From: Desulfobacterales bacterium
GTDB taxonomy: Bacteria; Desulfobacterota; Desulfobacteria; Desulfobacterales; Desulfosalsimonadaceae
Direction of reading: 5' to 3'
DNA length: 44,766 bases
Assembly: GCA_029933295.1 (NCBI GenBank)
Contig: JAOZOL010000001.1
Coordinates: 1-44,766 of the forward strand
Of the stretch, positions 35,438 through 44,337 are shown piece after piece; positions within the stretch are counted from its first letter, which is position 1; the number at the start of each line of letters is the position of its first letter. Made by a program: the position numbers and the translations under genes. The notes under the pieces were generated by a model. That model worked only from the letters and a program-made list of their open reading frames with translations. It did not search any database and had not been told where the DNA came from.

Positions 35438-37615
35438 TTAAAACGCGACTTCCCCACCTATGCTAAAGCACCTGCCCGGCGCCGGAAAATCGTATTCTTC
35501 TTCATAATCCGTATCAAATATATTTTCAATGCCAAGTGTGAGGAACCCGTCAAATCCATTTTTCCAGACCGGATACCGGACCAGGCAGTTGACAGTGATA
35601 AAATCATCCAGCTTTTTTAATTCTGTGGGCGTTTGGCTGAAAACAGACGTTCCATCCGGATTGGCATCACCGGTCAGCGGGTTGGTGATTGAATCATCAA
35701 GAAACGGTACTTCCCGTTCATCGACCCATTTAAAACTCAGCCGCACCAGCAGGCCATCTGTTTGTTTGTACAAAATACCGCAGTTGAATTTTTTTTCCGG
35801 CAGTTCGGACAGCGAATCAGTTAAATTGTTGCTGGCGTCCAACACATCCCCGGTCTTTTTCGTATCCTGCCAGGTAAAATTGGCAAATCCGTAAATTTTG
35901 TTAAAAATTTTACCGTCAATGTCCAATTCAATGCCTTTAAAATCCACCCGGTCGATATTGTAAATCACCCTGCTGGGTGCGTATCCGAAAATCCAGCGGA
36001 TATAGTCATCCACCTGGTAATGGTAGGCGCTTAATTTTACGGTCATATCCGGCAGGGCCTGCCACTGGCTGCCAATTTCATATTCCATGGCATCTTCATA
36101 GGATAGTTCGTTGCGGACGACATCCGTCCGTTCATCCACTTCAGGCCGGTAACCGGCATAATACCAGTAAAATGCCGGATTGTCCGGGTACCGGGTGGCG
36201 CGGGCGGCCCTGGCATACAGGTTGAGATCCGGCATTGGCCGGTACATGATCCCGGCTTTGGGCATCAGCACGGATTCGTTAAATTGCACTGTCTGCCGGT
36301 CATATCCGGCGGGCTTGCCGTTGGTATACCCGGTGACCACGTCTACCTCACGGTTCCCGTAATAATCGTCAAACCTCACCCCCATATACAAATTCAGAAA
36401 GTCCGTAACCGCCCATTCATCATCGATATACGCGCCATGAAATCGGGAGGCGTTCCATTCATCAGCTCCCTCTAAAGGGAGTTTGGTAAAATAATCCTGC
36501 CGGACAAATGTATTATCAGCGCCGCCGAATCCCTGATAATTACCATCTGCGCCAAATCCGATTAAATGCCGGGACAAAGGCCAGCAGAATTTTGCTACCC
36601 ACCCCCATGACCTGTCCGGAGCGGCTTCGCGTTCCAGTACCTTTTCCCCGAGCTCATTAGAATAGATATAATCTGTGCGGTCTTCATTGTTTAAATAAAG
36701 GGTGATGGTTGAATCCACCGCTCCCATTTGTTTTACAGACATCAAATCGATTTCGGTTCGTATTTTATTAAAATAGCTGCCGTCACCATGCCGGTCGCCG
36801 GAAGGAAATTGAATCCCCGGCCCGGTGAGATAGGTGCCCGCATGTTCCGGAAAATTACTGTCAAAATCCGTATCGGCCTCACGATTTTCCACCGGCATGG
36901 AATAATCCCCCTGCGTATGGCGGATGGAGAACTGCAATTGACCATCATTGCCCCAGTCATAGTATAACCGACCGTTGATGGTATAGCGTTCAGCCTCACT
37001 GTTTCGAAGATGTCCGTCTGTCCGGTGATATCCTGCGGAAAAAACAGACCCAAACGGCCCGGTTTTACCGGAAGCCGTTCCGGTAAAAGCAAATGTGTTA
37101 TATCGTTTATAGCCGGTATAAATCTCGGCGTGAAATGTATCCTTCGGCGGGGCGGGGCGCATATTGATGGTGCCGCCCAACGTATTGCCGTATTTTGCTG
37201 AAAAACCGCCTTTGCCGATTTCAACCGATTCAAAATTACCGGTGGAAAGGGCGCTCCAGTCCACGAAAAATCCGCCCATAACTCCGGTACCGTTTAAAGG
37301 GCGGCCATTGATCATTACCTGGGTTCGCTGTTCATCCAGGCCACGAATGCGGACCTGACTGCTTTTGGGGGTGAGGATGGATCGTCGCTGGATATCAAGC
37401 CCTGCTGCTTCGTCTAAAATGTCCGGAATCGTCGAAACAACCGGTTTTTGGGTTTCTTTTACCGGCACTTCCTGTTTGCTGACTTCTGCCGTGGGTGCCC
37501 TTTTGCCGGTCACAATAATTTCATCCAGCTCATAGGCAGAATCCTCCGCCAGGGCACAAACTGACACCAATAATATGGACAGCATGACACCAGCACGCAT
37601 TTTTAATGCTTTCAT
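35438..37615 (-). CDS. TonB-dependent outer-membrane receptor
   Basis: 725 aa with a signal peptide, a TonB-box/plug region (DEIIVTGKR…, IRGL), a long beta-barrel and a terminal aromatic residue (…GGEVAF). Confidence 0.9.
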   Translation of the reverse strand: MKALKMRAGVMLSILLVSVCALAEDSAYELDEIIVTGKRAPTAEVSKQEVPVKETQKPVVSTIPDILDEAAGLDIQRRSILTPKSSQVRIRGLDEQRTQVMINGRPLNGTGVMGGFFVDWSALSTGNFESVEIGKGGFSAKYGNTLGGTINMRPAPPKDTFHAEIYTGYKRYNTFAFTGTASGKTGPFGSVFSAGYHRTDGHLRNSEAERYTINGRLYYDWGNDGQLQFSIRHTQGDYSMPVENREADTDFDSNFPEHAGTYLTGPGIQFPSGDRHGDGSYFNKIRTEIDLMSVKQMGAVDSTITLYLNNEDRTDYIYSNELGEKVLEREAAPDRSWGWVAKFCWPLSRHLIGFGADGNYQGFGGADNTFVRQDYFTKLPLEGADEWNASRFHGAYIDDEWAVTDFLNLYMGVRFDDYYGNREVDVVTGYTNGKPAGYDRQTVQFNESVLMPKAGIMYRPMPDLNLYARAARATRYPDNPAFYWYYAGYRPEVDERTDVVRNELSYEDAMEYEIGSQWQALPDMTVKLSAYHYQVDDYIRWIFGYAPSRVIYNIDRVDFKGIELDIDGKIFNKIYGFANFTWQDTKKTGDVLDASNNLTDSLSELPEKKFNCGILYKQTDGLLVRLSFKWVDEREVPFLDDSITNPLTGDANPDGTSVFSQTPTELKKLDDFITVNCLVRYPVWKNGFDGFLTLGIENIFDTDYEEEYDFPAPGRCFSIGGEVAF

Positions 37616-37830
37616 TGGATCATAAATTCCTTTTTTTCCAGTAATCGTTAGTCAGTGGTTTATGTTCCATGCATTGCCGGTTTTTAAATTGTGCCTGAAT
37701 GAAAATCTGAAATTTTTTTCAAGTTCAAGGCGGGCTAAAATTTTAACCACAGGAATACATGAAGTATTTTGAGGATTAAAATTTGAGCCCAACGCAGAAA
37801 TTGGAAAAATTAGCGATTTTCGGTCGGCCA

Positions 37831-37889
37831 CTAAATAAAAAAGCCGGGAACGCATAAAACTCTACAGAGTCTTTGAGCCTTCCCGGCTT
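37831..37889 (-). terminator. terminator-like hairpin inside the TonB-receptor leader (minus strand)
   Basis: Read on the minus strand: AAAGCCGGGAA…(29-nt partly paired loop)…TTCCCGGCTTT followed by TTTATTTA. Lies 216-274 nt upstream of the receptor start codon. Confidence 0.45.
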
Positions 37890-38090
37890 TAATTAGATGT
37901 AATATATTGACTTATTGATATTAAAACAAATCAGGTCACAATTTCGTATTGTGATTAAAAAATATATTTATCTGCTGATTACTTGATTGTCAACTGTTTT
38001 CCAGCAAAATTTTATTGCTGAGCGAAAAGATATAAGGTATAATAAAAAATTAAATGTTACCGGCTTATTAAAGTACGACAGAATAATTTC

Positions 38091-38179
38091 CAAATGAAGT
38101 TACCCTGCTATCATAAAAATCCGCAATCAGGTGTCAGGGGCAATGCCGTGATCCGCAAAGCACCCTGCAACTTCATTTG
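38091..38179. promoter_or_regulatory. 89-bp element: 11-bp perfect inverted termini enclosing paired direct repeats
   Basis: CAAATGAAGTT (38091-38101) pairs with AACTTCATTTG (38169-38179). Inside are ACCCTGC x2 (38102, 38162) and ATCCGCAA x2 (38119, 38151). It ends 3 nt before the -35 hexamer at 38182. Confidence 0.3.
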
Positions 38180-38181
38180 TC

Positions 38182-38210
38182 TTGACTCAAAACGAAATTT
38201 ACATCATAAT
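38182..38210 (+). promoter_or_regulatory. sigma-70-type promoter candidate
   Basis: TTGACT-17 nt-CATAAT, about 75 nt upstream of the 38285 ATG. Confidence 0.45.
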
Positions 38211-38284
38211 TTCAATCTATAATAACTCATAGTTAGCTGATGCTTTACATCGTATGCAACTTTTATACGGAGATAACTTAATAT

Positions 38285-39352
38285 ATGTTTCTTTCAGAAT
38301 CCAGTTTCACCATCATCGCAAATAAAAACTGCCCGCTTTATAATCTGGGAGACGAGTTCATGCTGACCGGCAGAACACTCTCCCTTCAGGGCAAACCCGC
38401 ATGTCTGACCCTGATGGACGATGTGATGTACCACATTGAAACCTTTCGCAATATTAATGCGTTAAAAAAAAACAGGGACACTACCCATTTGTTTAACTGC
38501 AGCGGGGGCAGCACAGGATGCCCAGGGGAAATCCGTATCAAATACCAGAATGAACAATCTCCCTCTTCTGATTCCCAAAAAAATCGCGACCGTCATATTG
38601 CAGCCATTGCTTCAGAATTAAAAAGTTTTTCGATTTTCAAGACCTTAAGCAAATCCGAAATCAAGAATATCGTTTCAGAATTCAGAATCAGGCTGTTTCC
38701 AAAAGATGAGGTAATTTTACGAAAAGGAGAACCCGGCGTTAAACTGTTTATCATATTGTCTGGCAAAGTGGATGTAATCGGCGATTATGGAACAACCATC
38801 GCGACGCTTGAAAGAGGAGATGTTTTCGGTGAAATGAGTCTTCTTTCAGGCAATCCGGTAAGTATGAAGGTCAGAGTCGAATCAGATGCAAAAATCATGT
38901 ATGTACATGGCAATTATTTTAGAATGATTCTCAACCGGTATCCTTCCCTGCAGATGTATTTTGTCCAGCTTTTGGCACAAAGACTTGCCAAGTCCAATGA
39001 GGAAAGATCCAGACAGATCGCTTCCGGGATGGCCGGCAATCTTTCGGAAATTACCCCCACAGAGCTTTTACAGACCTTGAATATGACTCAAAAAACAGGG
39101 GTGCTGAATTTGCACATGTCTAACGGAAAAGCCCGGATTTCACTTAGAGATGGCGATCTCATCCGCGTGGAATATAATAAACTGACCGGTGAAGACGCAT
39201 TTTTTGAAATTTTAAAACAGATACGCGGTAGTTTCAAATTTAAGCCGGGTCTGCCTGACGAAGAGATGGACGCCCCGGAACTCGGAGACTTCATGTTTCT
39301 CCTGATGGAAGGTTTAAATCGAATGGACGAGGAATCGTTTCAGGATAGTTGA
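38285..39352 (+). CDS. Cys-containing N-domain / cyclic-nucleotide-binding-like / DUF4388 (PATAN) protein
   Basis: 355 aa. cNMP-binding fold (FKTLSKSEI…GDVFGEMSLLSGNPVSMKV). C-terminal DUF4388 pattern (LSEITPTELLQTLNMTQKTGVLNL…GKARISLRDGDLI…GEDAFFEIL). N-terminal ~100 aa include CPLYNLGDEF…CLTL…NCSGGSTGCPG. Confidence 0.75.
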   Translation: MFLSESSFTIIANKNCPLYNLGDEFMLTGRTLSLQGKPACLTLMDDVMYHIETFRNINALKKNRDTTHLFNCSGGSTGCPGEIRIKYQNEQSPSSDSQKNRDRHIAAIASELKSFSIFKTLSKSEIKNIVSEFRIRLFPKDEVILRKGEPGVKLFIILSGKVDVIGDYGTTIATLERGDVFGEMSLLSGNPVSMKVRVESDAKIMYVHGNYFRMILNRYPSLQMYFVQLLAQRLAKSNEERSRQIASGMAGNLSEITPTELLQTLNMTQKTGVLNLHMSNGKARISLRDGDLIRVEYNKLTGEDAFFEILKQIRGSFKFKPGLPDEEMDAPELGDFMFLLMEGLNRMDEESFQDS

Positions 39353-39508
39353 CACTAAAATCACCGGGGGGTCTGTTACAAAACAGCCAACAGATATTTT
39401 AAGTGATAAAAAATCTTGATTTTAATTTAATATACGGTAATAATTAAAAAATTTAGACAATATTGCATTAAACTATTTTTTATCCGAATTTAACAGGATC
39501 GGTTGATA

Positions 39509-40201
39509 ATGGATGAAGAAAATAAAAACAAAAATCAAGGCATAGACGATAAGTTTGAAATCGGTATTCAAATTGACGACACGATCGGTCCTTTTGAATC
39601 AACTGACGATCAACCGACTGACTCCCCGGACTCCATAGAACCGGAAAGTCCCATTGAAGATGAGGTGCTGTCCATACCCGGCCCCCTTGATGAAATCAAA
39701 CTAAAACTGGATGACCTCGCGAGCGACTTTGAAAGTAAAATTAAATATGATGAACACAAAAATAAAATTATTGATGATCTTCATCATGCACTTCAGGAAT
39801 ATCGTGAAGGCCTGATTAAAAAGTACTTACATCGAATTGTTATTGATGTTATCAAGATCGTTGATGATATGAGAAAATTTGCCTCCCATTATAATAACCA
39901 GCCCCATAGCGAAGAAACCGATAAATTTTTACAATATATAAAAAACATAACATCCGACATGGAAGATTTATTTTCCTGGGAAGGGGTGGTGCCGTTCACC
40001 TGCGAGGGAGACGAATTTGACCCCACCCGTCAACGGATTGTCGATAAAGTTGAGACAGATGATCCGGCTAAAGACAAAACCATCGCCCATCGCTTGCGCC
40101 CTGGTTATGAATGGGACGGCAAAGTGATTCGGCCGGAAATGATTTCCGCTTTTATTTATCCAAAAAAAGAACTGATAACAAAGGGTGATGATATATCATG
40201 A
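39509..40201 (+). CDS. GrpE-like nucleotide exchange factor
   Basis: Acidic N-terminus and a helical region, followed by a GrpE-like C-terminus (FDPTRQRIVDKVET…RPGYEWDGKVIRPEMISAFI). The ORF is open from a TTG at 39503. ATGA overlap with the Hsp70 gene. Confidence 0.65.
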   Translation: MDEENKNKNQGIDDKFEIGIQIDDTIGPFESTDDQPTDSPDSIEPESPIEDEVLSIPGPLDEIKLKLDDLASDFESKIKYDEHKNKIIDDLHHALQEYREGLIKKYLHRIVIDVIKIVDDMRKFASHYNNQPHSEETDKFLQYIKNITSDMEDLFSWEGVVPFTCEGDEFDPTRQRIVDKVETDDPAKDKTIAHRLRPGYEWDGKVIRPEMISAFIYPKKELITKGDDIS

Positions 40202-41877
40202 CGGAACAAACAAAACGAATTTTCGGCATTGATCTGGGAACTACTTATTCCTCGATTGCCTACGTGGATGAATTTGGCAAAGCCGTCATTATACCGAATG
40301 CAGAAAGCGAACGGGTGACCCCGTCGGTAGTCTTTTTTGATGAAGACAGCATTGTCGTCGGAGACGTGGCCAAGGAAAGCTCAAAGATTTATCCCAATGA
40401 AGTGGTCAGTTTTGTTAAACGTTCCATGGGCGAACCCAATTTTATCTTTGTATATAACTCCGAAGAATACCGGGCTGAAGAAATTTCCGCTTACATTCTT
40501 AAAAAACTTGCCCAGGACGCGGAGCAGCATCTTGGCGAAAAAGTGACCGATGTTGTCATAACCTGCCCGGCTTACTTTGGCATCAACGAACGGGAAGCAA
40601 CCCGCAAAGCAGGTGAAATAGCAGGCTTTAATGTCAGACAAATAATTAACGAACCGACTGCGGCGGCCATTGCCTATGGCTCTCTGGATTTAAGTGATGA
40701 ACGCGTTGTACTGGTTTTCGATCTTGGCGGCGGCACATTCGATGTCACGATGATAGATATACGCAAGGATTCCGTAGAAGTCATATGTACCGGCGGAGAC
40801 CACAACCTGGGCGGAAAAGACTGGGATGACCGGATTGTTGCCCATATCGTCGATTTATTCCAGAATGAAACCGGAACGGACGAAGACATTCTCGACGATC
40901 CGGACACATGGCAGGATTTACAGCTTTCAGCTGAAAAAGCAAAAAAAATTCTAAGCCAGCGGCCGAAAACACCCATAGCCGTGACCCATGGCGGTGAACG
41001 TGTTAAGGTCGTTCTTGAACGCAAAAAGTTTATTGAACTCACCGAAGACCTTCTGGAACGGACCATTGATTTTACAAAAGAAATGTTAGAGGAAGCGAAA
41101 AATAAAGGTTATAACGATTTTGATGAAATTATTCTGGTCGGAGGCGCGACCCGGATGCCGCAATTGCAAAGCCGGATCAAAGAGGCCTTTTCCGTAACAC
41201 CGAAAATGTTTGATCCCGATGAATCAATTGCCAAAGGCGCCGCCATATACGGCTGGAAACTGGGTCTTAATGACGGCATGATCCAGCGCCTCGCAATAAA
41301 AACCAACAAGCACATTGAAAAAATCGACGACATCCCTGAAATGATTGAAAACAAAGAGTTAAGTCCAAAAGATGTTAAAGAAGCAGCACAGGAGGTTGCC
41401 GACGAAACGGGATATACCCTGCCCAGCGTGGAGAGCTCAATGCTTACTGTGAAAAATGTAACCAGTAAGAGTTTCGGCGTGGTCGCCCATAACCCCAAGG
41501 ATGAAGAAATCGTATTTAATATTGTATTGCGAAATACAACTGTTCCGATTACCCAGAAAAAAGACTTTTATACTGCGGTGAAAGACCAAAGCACCGTATT
41601 AATACGGATCATGGAAAGCGAAACCAACCGAGTTGAATTACCGGTGGACCAGGCTGTTGATATCAAAACAGCCATTTTGAATCTTCCCCCAGGTCTGCCG
41701 GCAGATCTGCCGATTGAAATCACTTTTTCCTTAAATGAGGAAGGCAGACTTCATATCACAGCCATGGAAACCAGCGATGCCAGACAGGTCGAGGTTGTGG
41801 TCGATACCGCTTCGGTCATTCAGGGGGAAGAATTTGAAAAAGCCAAAGAAAGATCGCAGAAGCTTGTTGTGCATTAA
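40198..41877 (+). CDS. Hsp70-family ATPase, short HscC-like form without a C-terminal lid
   Basis: 559 aa with intact NBD motifs (GIDLGTTYSS, IINEPTAAAIAYG, VFDLGGGTFDVT, ILVGGATRMP). A beta-sandwich SBD is present. The protein ends where the DnaK helical lid would begin. Confidence 0.9.
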   Translation: MTEQTKRIFGIDLGTTYSSIAYVDEFGKAVIIPNAESERVTPSVVFFDEDSIVVGDVAKESSKIYPNEVVSFVKRSMGEPNFIFVYNSEEYRAEEISAYILKKLAQDAEQHLGEKVTDVVITCPAYFGINEREATRKAGEIAGFNVRQIINEPTAAAIAYGSLDLSDERVVLVFDLGGGTFDVTMIDIRKDSVEVICTGGDHNLGGKDWDDRIVAHIVDLFQNETGTDEDILDDPDTWQDLQLSAEKAKKILSQRPKTPIAVTHGGERVKVVLERKKFIELTEDLLERTIDFTKEMLEEAKNKGYNDFDEIILVGGATRMPQLQSRIKEAFSVTPKMFDPDESIAKGAAIYGWKLGLNDGMIQRLAIKTNKHIEKIDDIPEMIENKELSPKDVKEAAQEVADETGYTLPSVESSMLTVKNVTSKSFGVVAHNPKDEEIVFNIVLRNTTVPITQKKDFYTAVKDQSTVLIRIMESETNRVELPVDQAVDIKTAILNLPPGLPADLPIEITFSLNEEGRLHITAMETSDARQVEVVVDTASVIQGEEFEKAKERSQKLVVH

Positions 41878-41988
41878 TTATGAGCAGGTGTTTAGACTGA
41901 AGGCTGAAGGCTATTCAATGTTGAGGCCTGAAGGCCTCCGCCACATAAACAGTTTTTTTTATTTTTAAAAAATATCCCTTTTACAACC

Positions 41989-44337
41989 ATGGAACGAGAA
42001 AACTTTTACATACTGCTGGAACTGTCCCTGCAACCGCCGGAAACCGACGCCGAGGTTATCTGGGAAGCCATTCAAAACAAAAAAGCTGACTGGAGCCGTC
42101 TTCGCAACCATCCCACCAAAGGCCTGCAGGCGCAAAAAAATATCAATCTGATCCCCGAAATACAACGGGTGATGATGAACAACGAACTTCGGGAAAAAGA
42201 AGTTTTAAACGCACTGGAAATCCTGAAAAAGAGAAAAAAAAATAAATTTGTAGAAATCGACAGACATGTTGATATGCTCATGGCCAAAGGCTTTATCGAT
42301 AAAGAAGAAATCAGCAAGCTTGCCGAAATGCATGACATCGGCCTCAATGAGATTCAAAGCCGGGTAACCGCAAAAAAAAATGAAAATTTTGCGCGCATTG
42401 ACAGGGAAATCGGCATACATATGGCAAAAGGCTATATCACCGAGGCAGAAGTTACTAAAATCGCCAAACGACAATCCATGGCTAATGATGATATCCGACA
42501 ACGGGTCAGATGTCCCATCGTAAAAACCGAAAAGGAAAAATTAAACTTTCAGCCCCACCTGCTGGACAAATCCATTGAAAATACAATTAAAGAAAATTTA
42601 AAAGTTCACAACAAGTCTTCCCTGTATGACTTTCTTGGGTTAGCTGAAAGTGCGGATTTAAAGACCCTCCAGGAAAAAGCCGGTTTTAAAAAAAAAGAAC
42701 TGGCCAATTTCAGCAAGAAAGATGCGATTATTACGGCCGGGGGCATTCTTGCAGGCCATTGCGTTACGATATTTAAAACAGATGAAAACCGGCTTGCTTA
42801 TGACATCAGCCTTGCAAAGGCCAGACTCGCAGCTCTTGATATGGATATTAACGTCGCTGCCATTAACGGAAAAATCCATCATGAATATTTAGATGCGCTG
42901 ATAAAAAAAGCCATGGAATTCGGGATGGATGAGGAGGAAGCATCTACCTATATCCAATCATACTGCAAGCAGCATCAACTGAAAATAGAAAAAAAACCTG
43001 AAAAAAAACGCCTTGCTTACATCATGGCCGGTGCCCTGGTTCTGGGTATAATTATCATCATTGTCGCATTGACTGTTTTTTCAAAAATACATAAAAAAAA
43101 TACGCTTAAGGCTGAATATCAAAATGTACTAAAAAAAATTGACAAGCTGCCGGAACCTGCAAAACAAATAAAACAGCTTGAGGCTTATATCAGCAGCCAC
43201 GAAAAAAACGAGTACACATTAGACGCCGGCAGACAAATCAATATGATTCAGCTTCGCATCAATACAAAAGAATTTGAAAAAATTTTAAGCCAGGCGGATC
43301 AGCTCATAAAAAAAGAAAAACTGGAAGATGCCCTGTCTCTTTATAAAACACACCTTAAGACGACGACCAGAGAAAAAAACAAAAAAATTATCAACGACAA
43401 TATCAAACGAGTTATAAAACTGATTGATGACAGAGATTTTGAAAAACTCAGCGCAATCGCCCTCTCAGGGGAGCCTGACCAGAAAATTGATGCCTTTCGT
43501 GCATATCTTGCTGCACATCCGAAAGGAAATCATAATGCCCAGGTCCAGAAACTCATTAATGAGATGAGTAATGAGTTCTATCTTTTTGTCATAAAAAAAC
43601 TGGCATTATATGAAAAGACAGAGGATTGGGAACAATCCGCCAAATTATGCCAAACCTATGTCGACCTTTATATCAACAGCAGTTCAGACCGGCTGAAGCA
43701 GCTGCTGCCGGTATATGAAGAAAAAATCAAGTATGCAAAAATATATGAGAGCCTGATACAAAAAACCGCCGACAAGGGCAACGATTATGAAGGGGCCCAA
43801 AATATCTTAAAAACTTTTCTGGAAGCATACCCCAAATCACCCATCAATGATAAAGTTCAAAAAGAGATCGTTCGTCTTGCAGGGCTTAAACAAATTCAGG
43901 ATATGAAAAAGGCAATCATGGCGTTGAGCAAAAAATTATTAAAAACCAATGGCCGATTTGTGGAAAAAAAAGGCGGGGTGGCCATTGATACAAAGACCGG
44001 TCTGATGTGGGCCATCACGGATTCACACATTTCAAAACCTGATACGTGCTTAACCTATGATCAGGGGAAAACCTATGTTGAAGAGTTAAATATCGGTGGC
44101 TATACGGACTGGCGCCTGCCCACCCCCGATGAACTGGCCGGCATATATAACACGTCTCCCGCCTTCCCCACCATGACGAATACGGACACATGGTACTGGA
44201 CCTCGGAAAGCCACAAAAGCTATTCCGACGGCTGGCACATTAAAGTGAATGTTTTATCCAGGGAAAAATCAACATGGACGGTTGACGGAAAAGACGCAAT
44301 GGAATGCGGTGCTGTTCGCGCTGTTCGCAAGCCCTAA
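41989..44337 (+). CDS. membrane-spanning J-like protein: two J-like domains, TM helix, helical-repeat region, DUF1566 (Lcl C-terminal) domain
   Basis: 782 aa. N-terminal J-like helix pattern with HPT instead of HPD. Second J-like segment LYDFLGL…FKTDENRLAYD. TM helix LAYIMAGALVLGIIIIIVALTVF. C-terminal TGLMWA…GGYTDWRLPTPDEL…WYWTSE. Confidence 0.7.
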   Translation: MERENFYILLELSLQPPETDAEVIWEAIQNKKADWSRLRNHPTKGLQAQKNINLIPEIQRVMMNNELREKEVLNALEILKKRKKNKFVEIDRHVDMLMAKGFIDKEEISKLAEMHDIGLNEIQSRVTAKKNENFARIDREIGIHMAKGYITEAEVTKIAKRQSMANDDIRQRVRCPIVKTEKEKLNFQPHLLDKSIENTIKENLKVHNKSSLYDFLGLAESADLKTLQEKAGFKKKELANFSKKDAIITAGGILAGHCVTIFKTDENRLAYDISLAKARLAALDMDINVAAINGKIHHEYLDALIKKAMEFGMDEEEASTYIQSYCKQHQLKIEKKPEKKRLAYIMAGALVLGIIIIIVALTVFSKIHKKNTLKAEYQNVLKKIDKLPEPAKQIKQLEAYISSHEKNEYTLDAGRQINMIQLRINTKEFEKILSQADQLIKKEKLEDALSLYKTHLKTTTREKNKKIINDNIKRVIKLIDDRDFEKLSAIALSGEPDQKIDAFRAYLAAHPKGNHNAQVQKLINEMSNEFYLFVIKKLALYEKTEDWEQSAKLCQTYVDLYINSSSDRLKQLLPVYEEKIKYAKIYESLIQKTADKGNDYEGAQNILKTFLEAYPKSPINDKVQKEIVRLAGLKQIQDMKKAIMALSKKLLKTNGRFVEKKGGVAIDTKTGLMWAITDSHISKPDTCLTYDQGKTYVEELNIGGYTDWRLPTPDELAGIYNTSPAFPTMTNTDTWYWTSESHKSYSDGWHIKVNVLSREKSTWTVDGKDAMECGAVRAVRKP

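Noticed and set aside
38091-38179. TPP (THI-box) riboswitch on the minus strand upstream of the TonB receptor
   Set aside because: GGGUGC and ACCUGAU-like segments are present. However, the invariant CUGAGA pyrimidine-sensor motif and a proper P4/P5 helix are missing. The element also lies about 480 nt from the start codon. I kept it only as an unclassified element.
37616-38284. Cobalamin riboswitch or Fur box in the TonB-receptor leader
   Set aside because: I found no B12 box (GCCACTG-type) on either strand and no convincing GATAATGATAATCATTATC-like Fur site.
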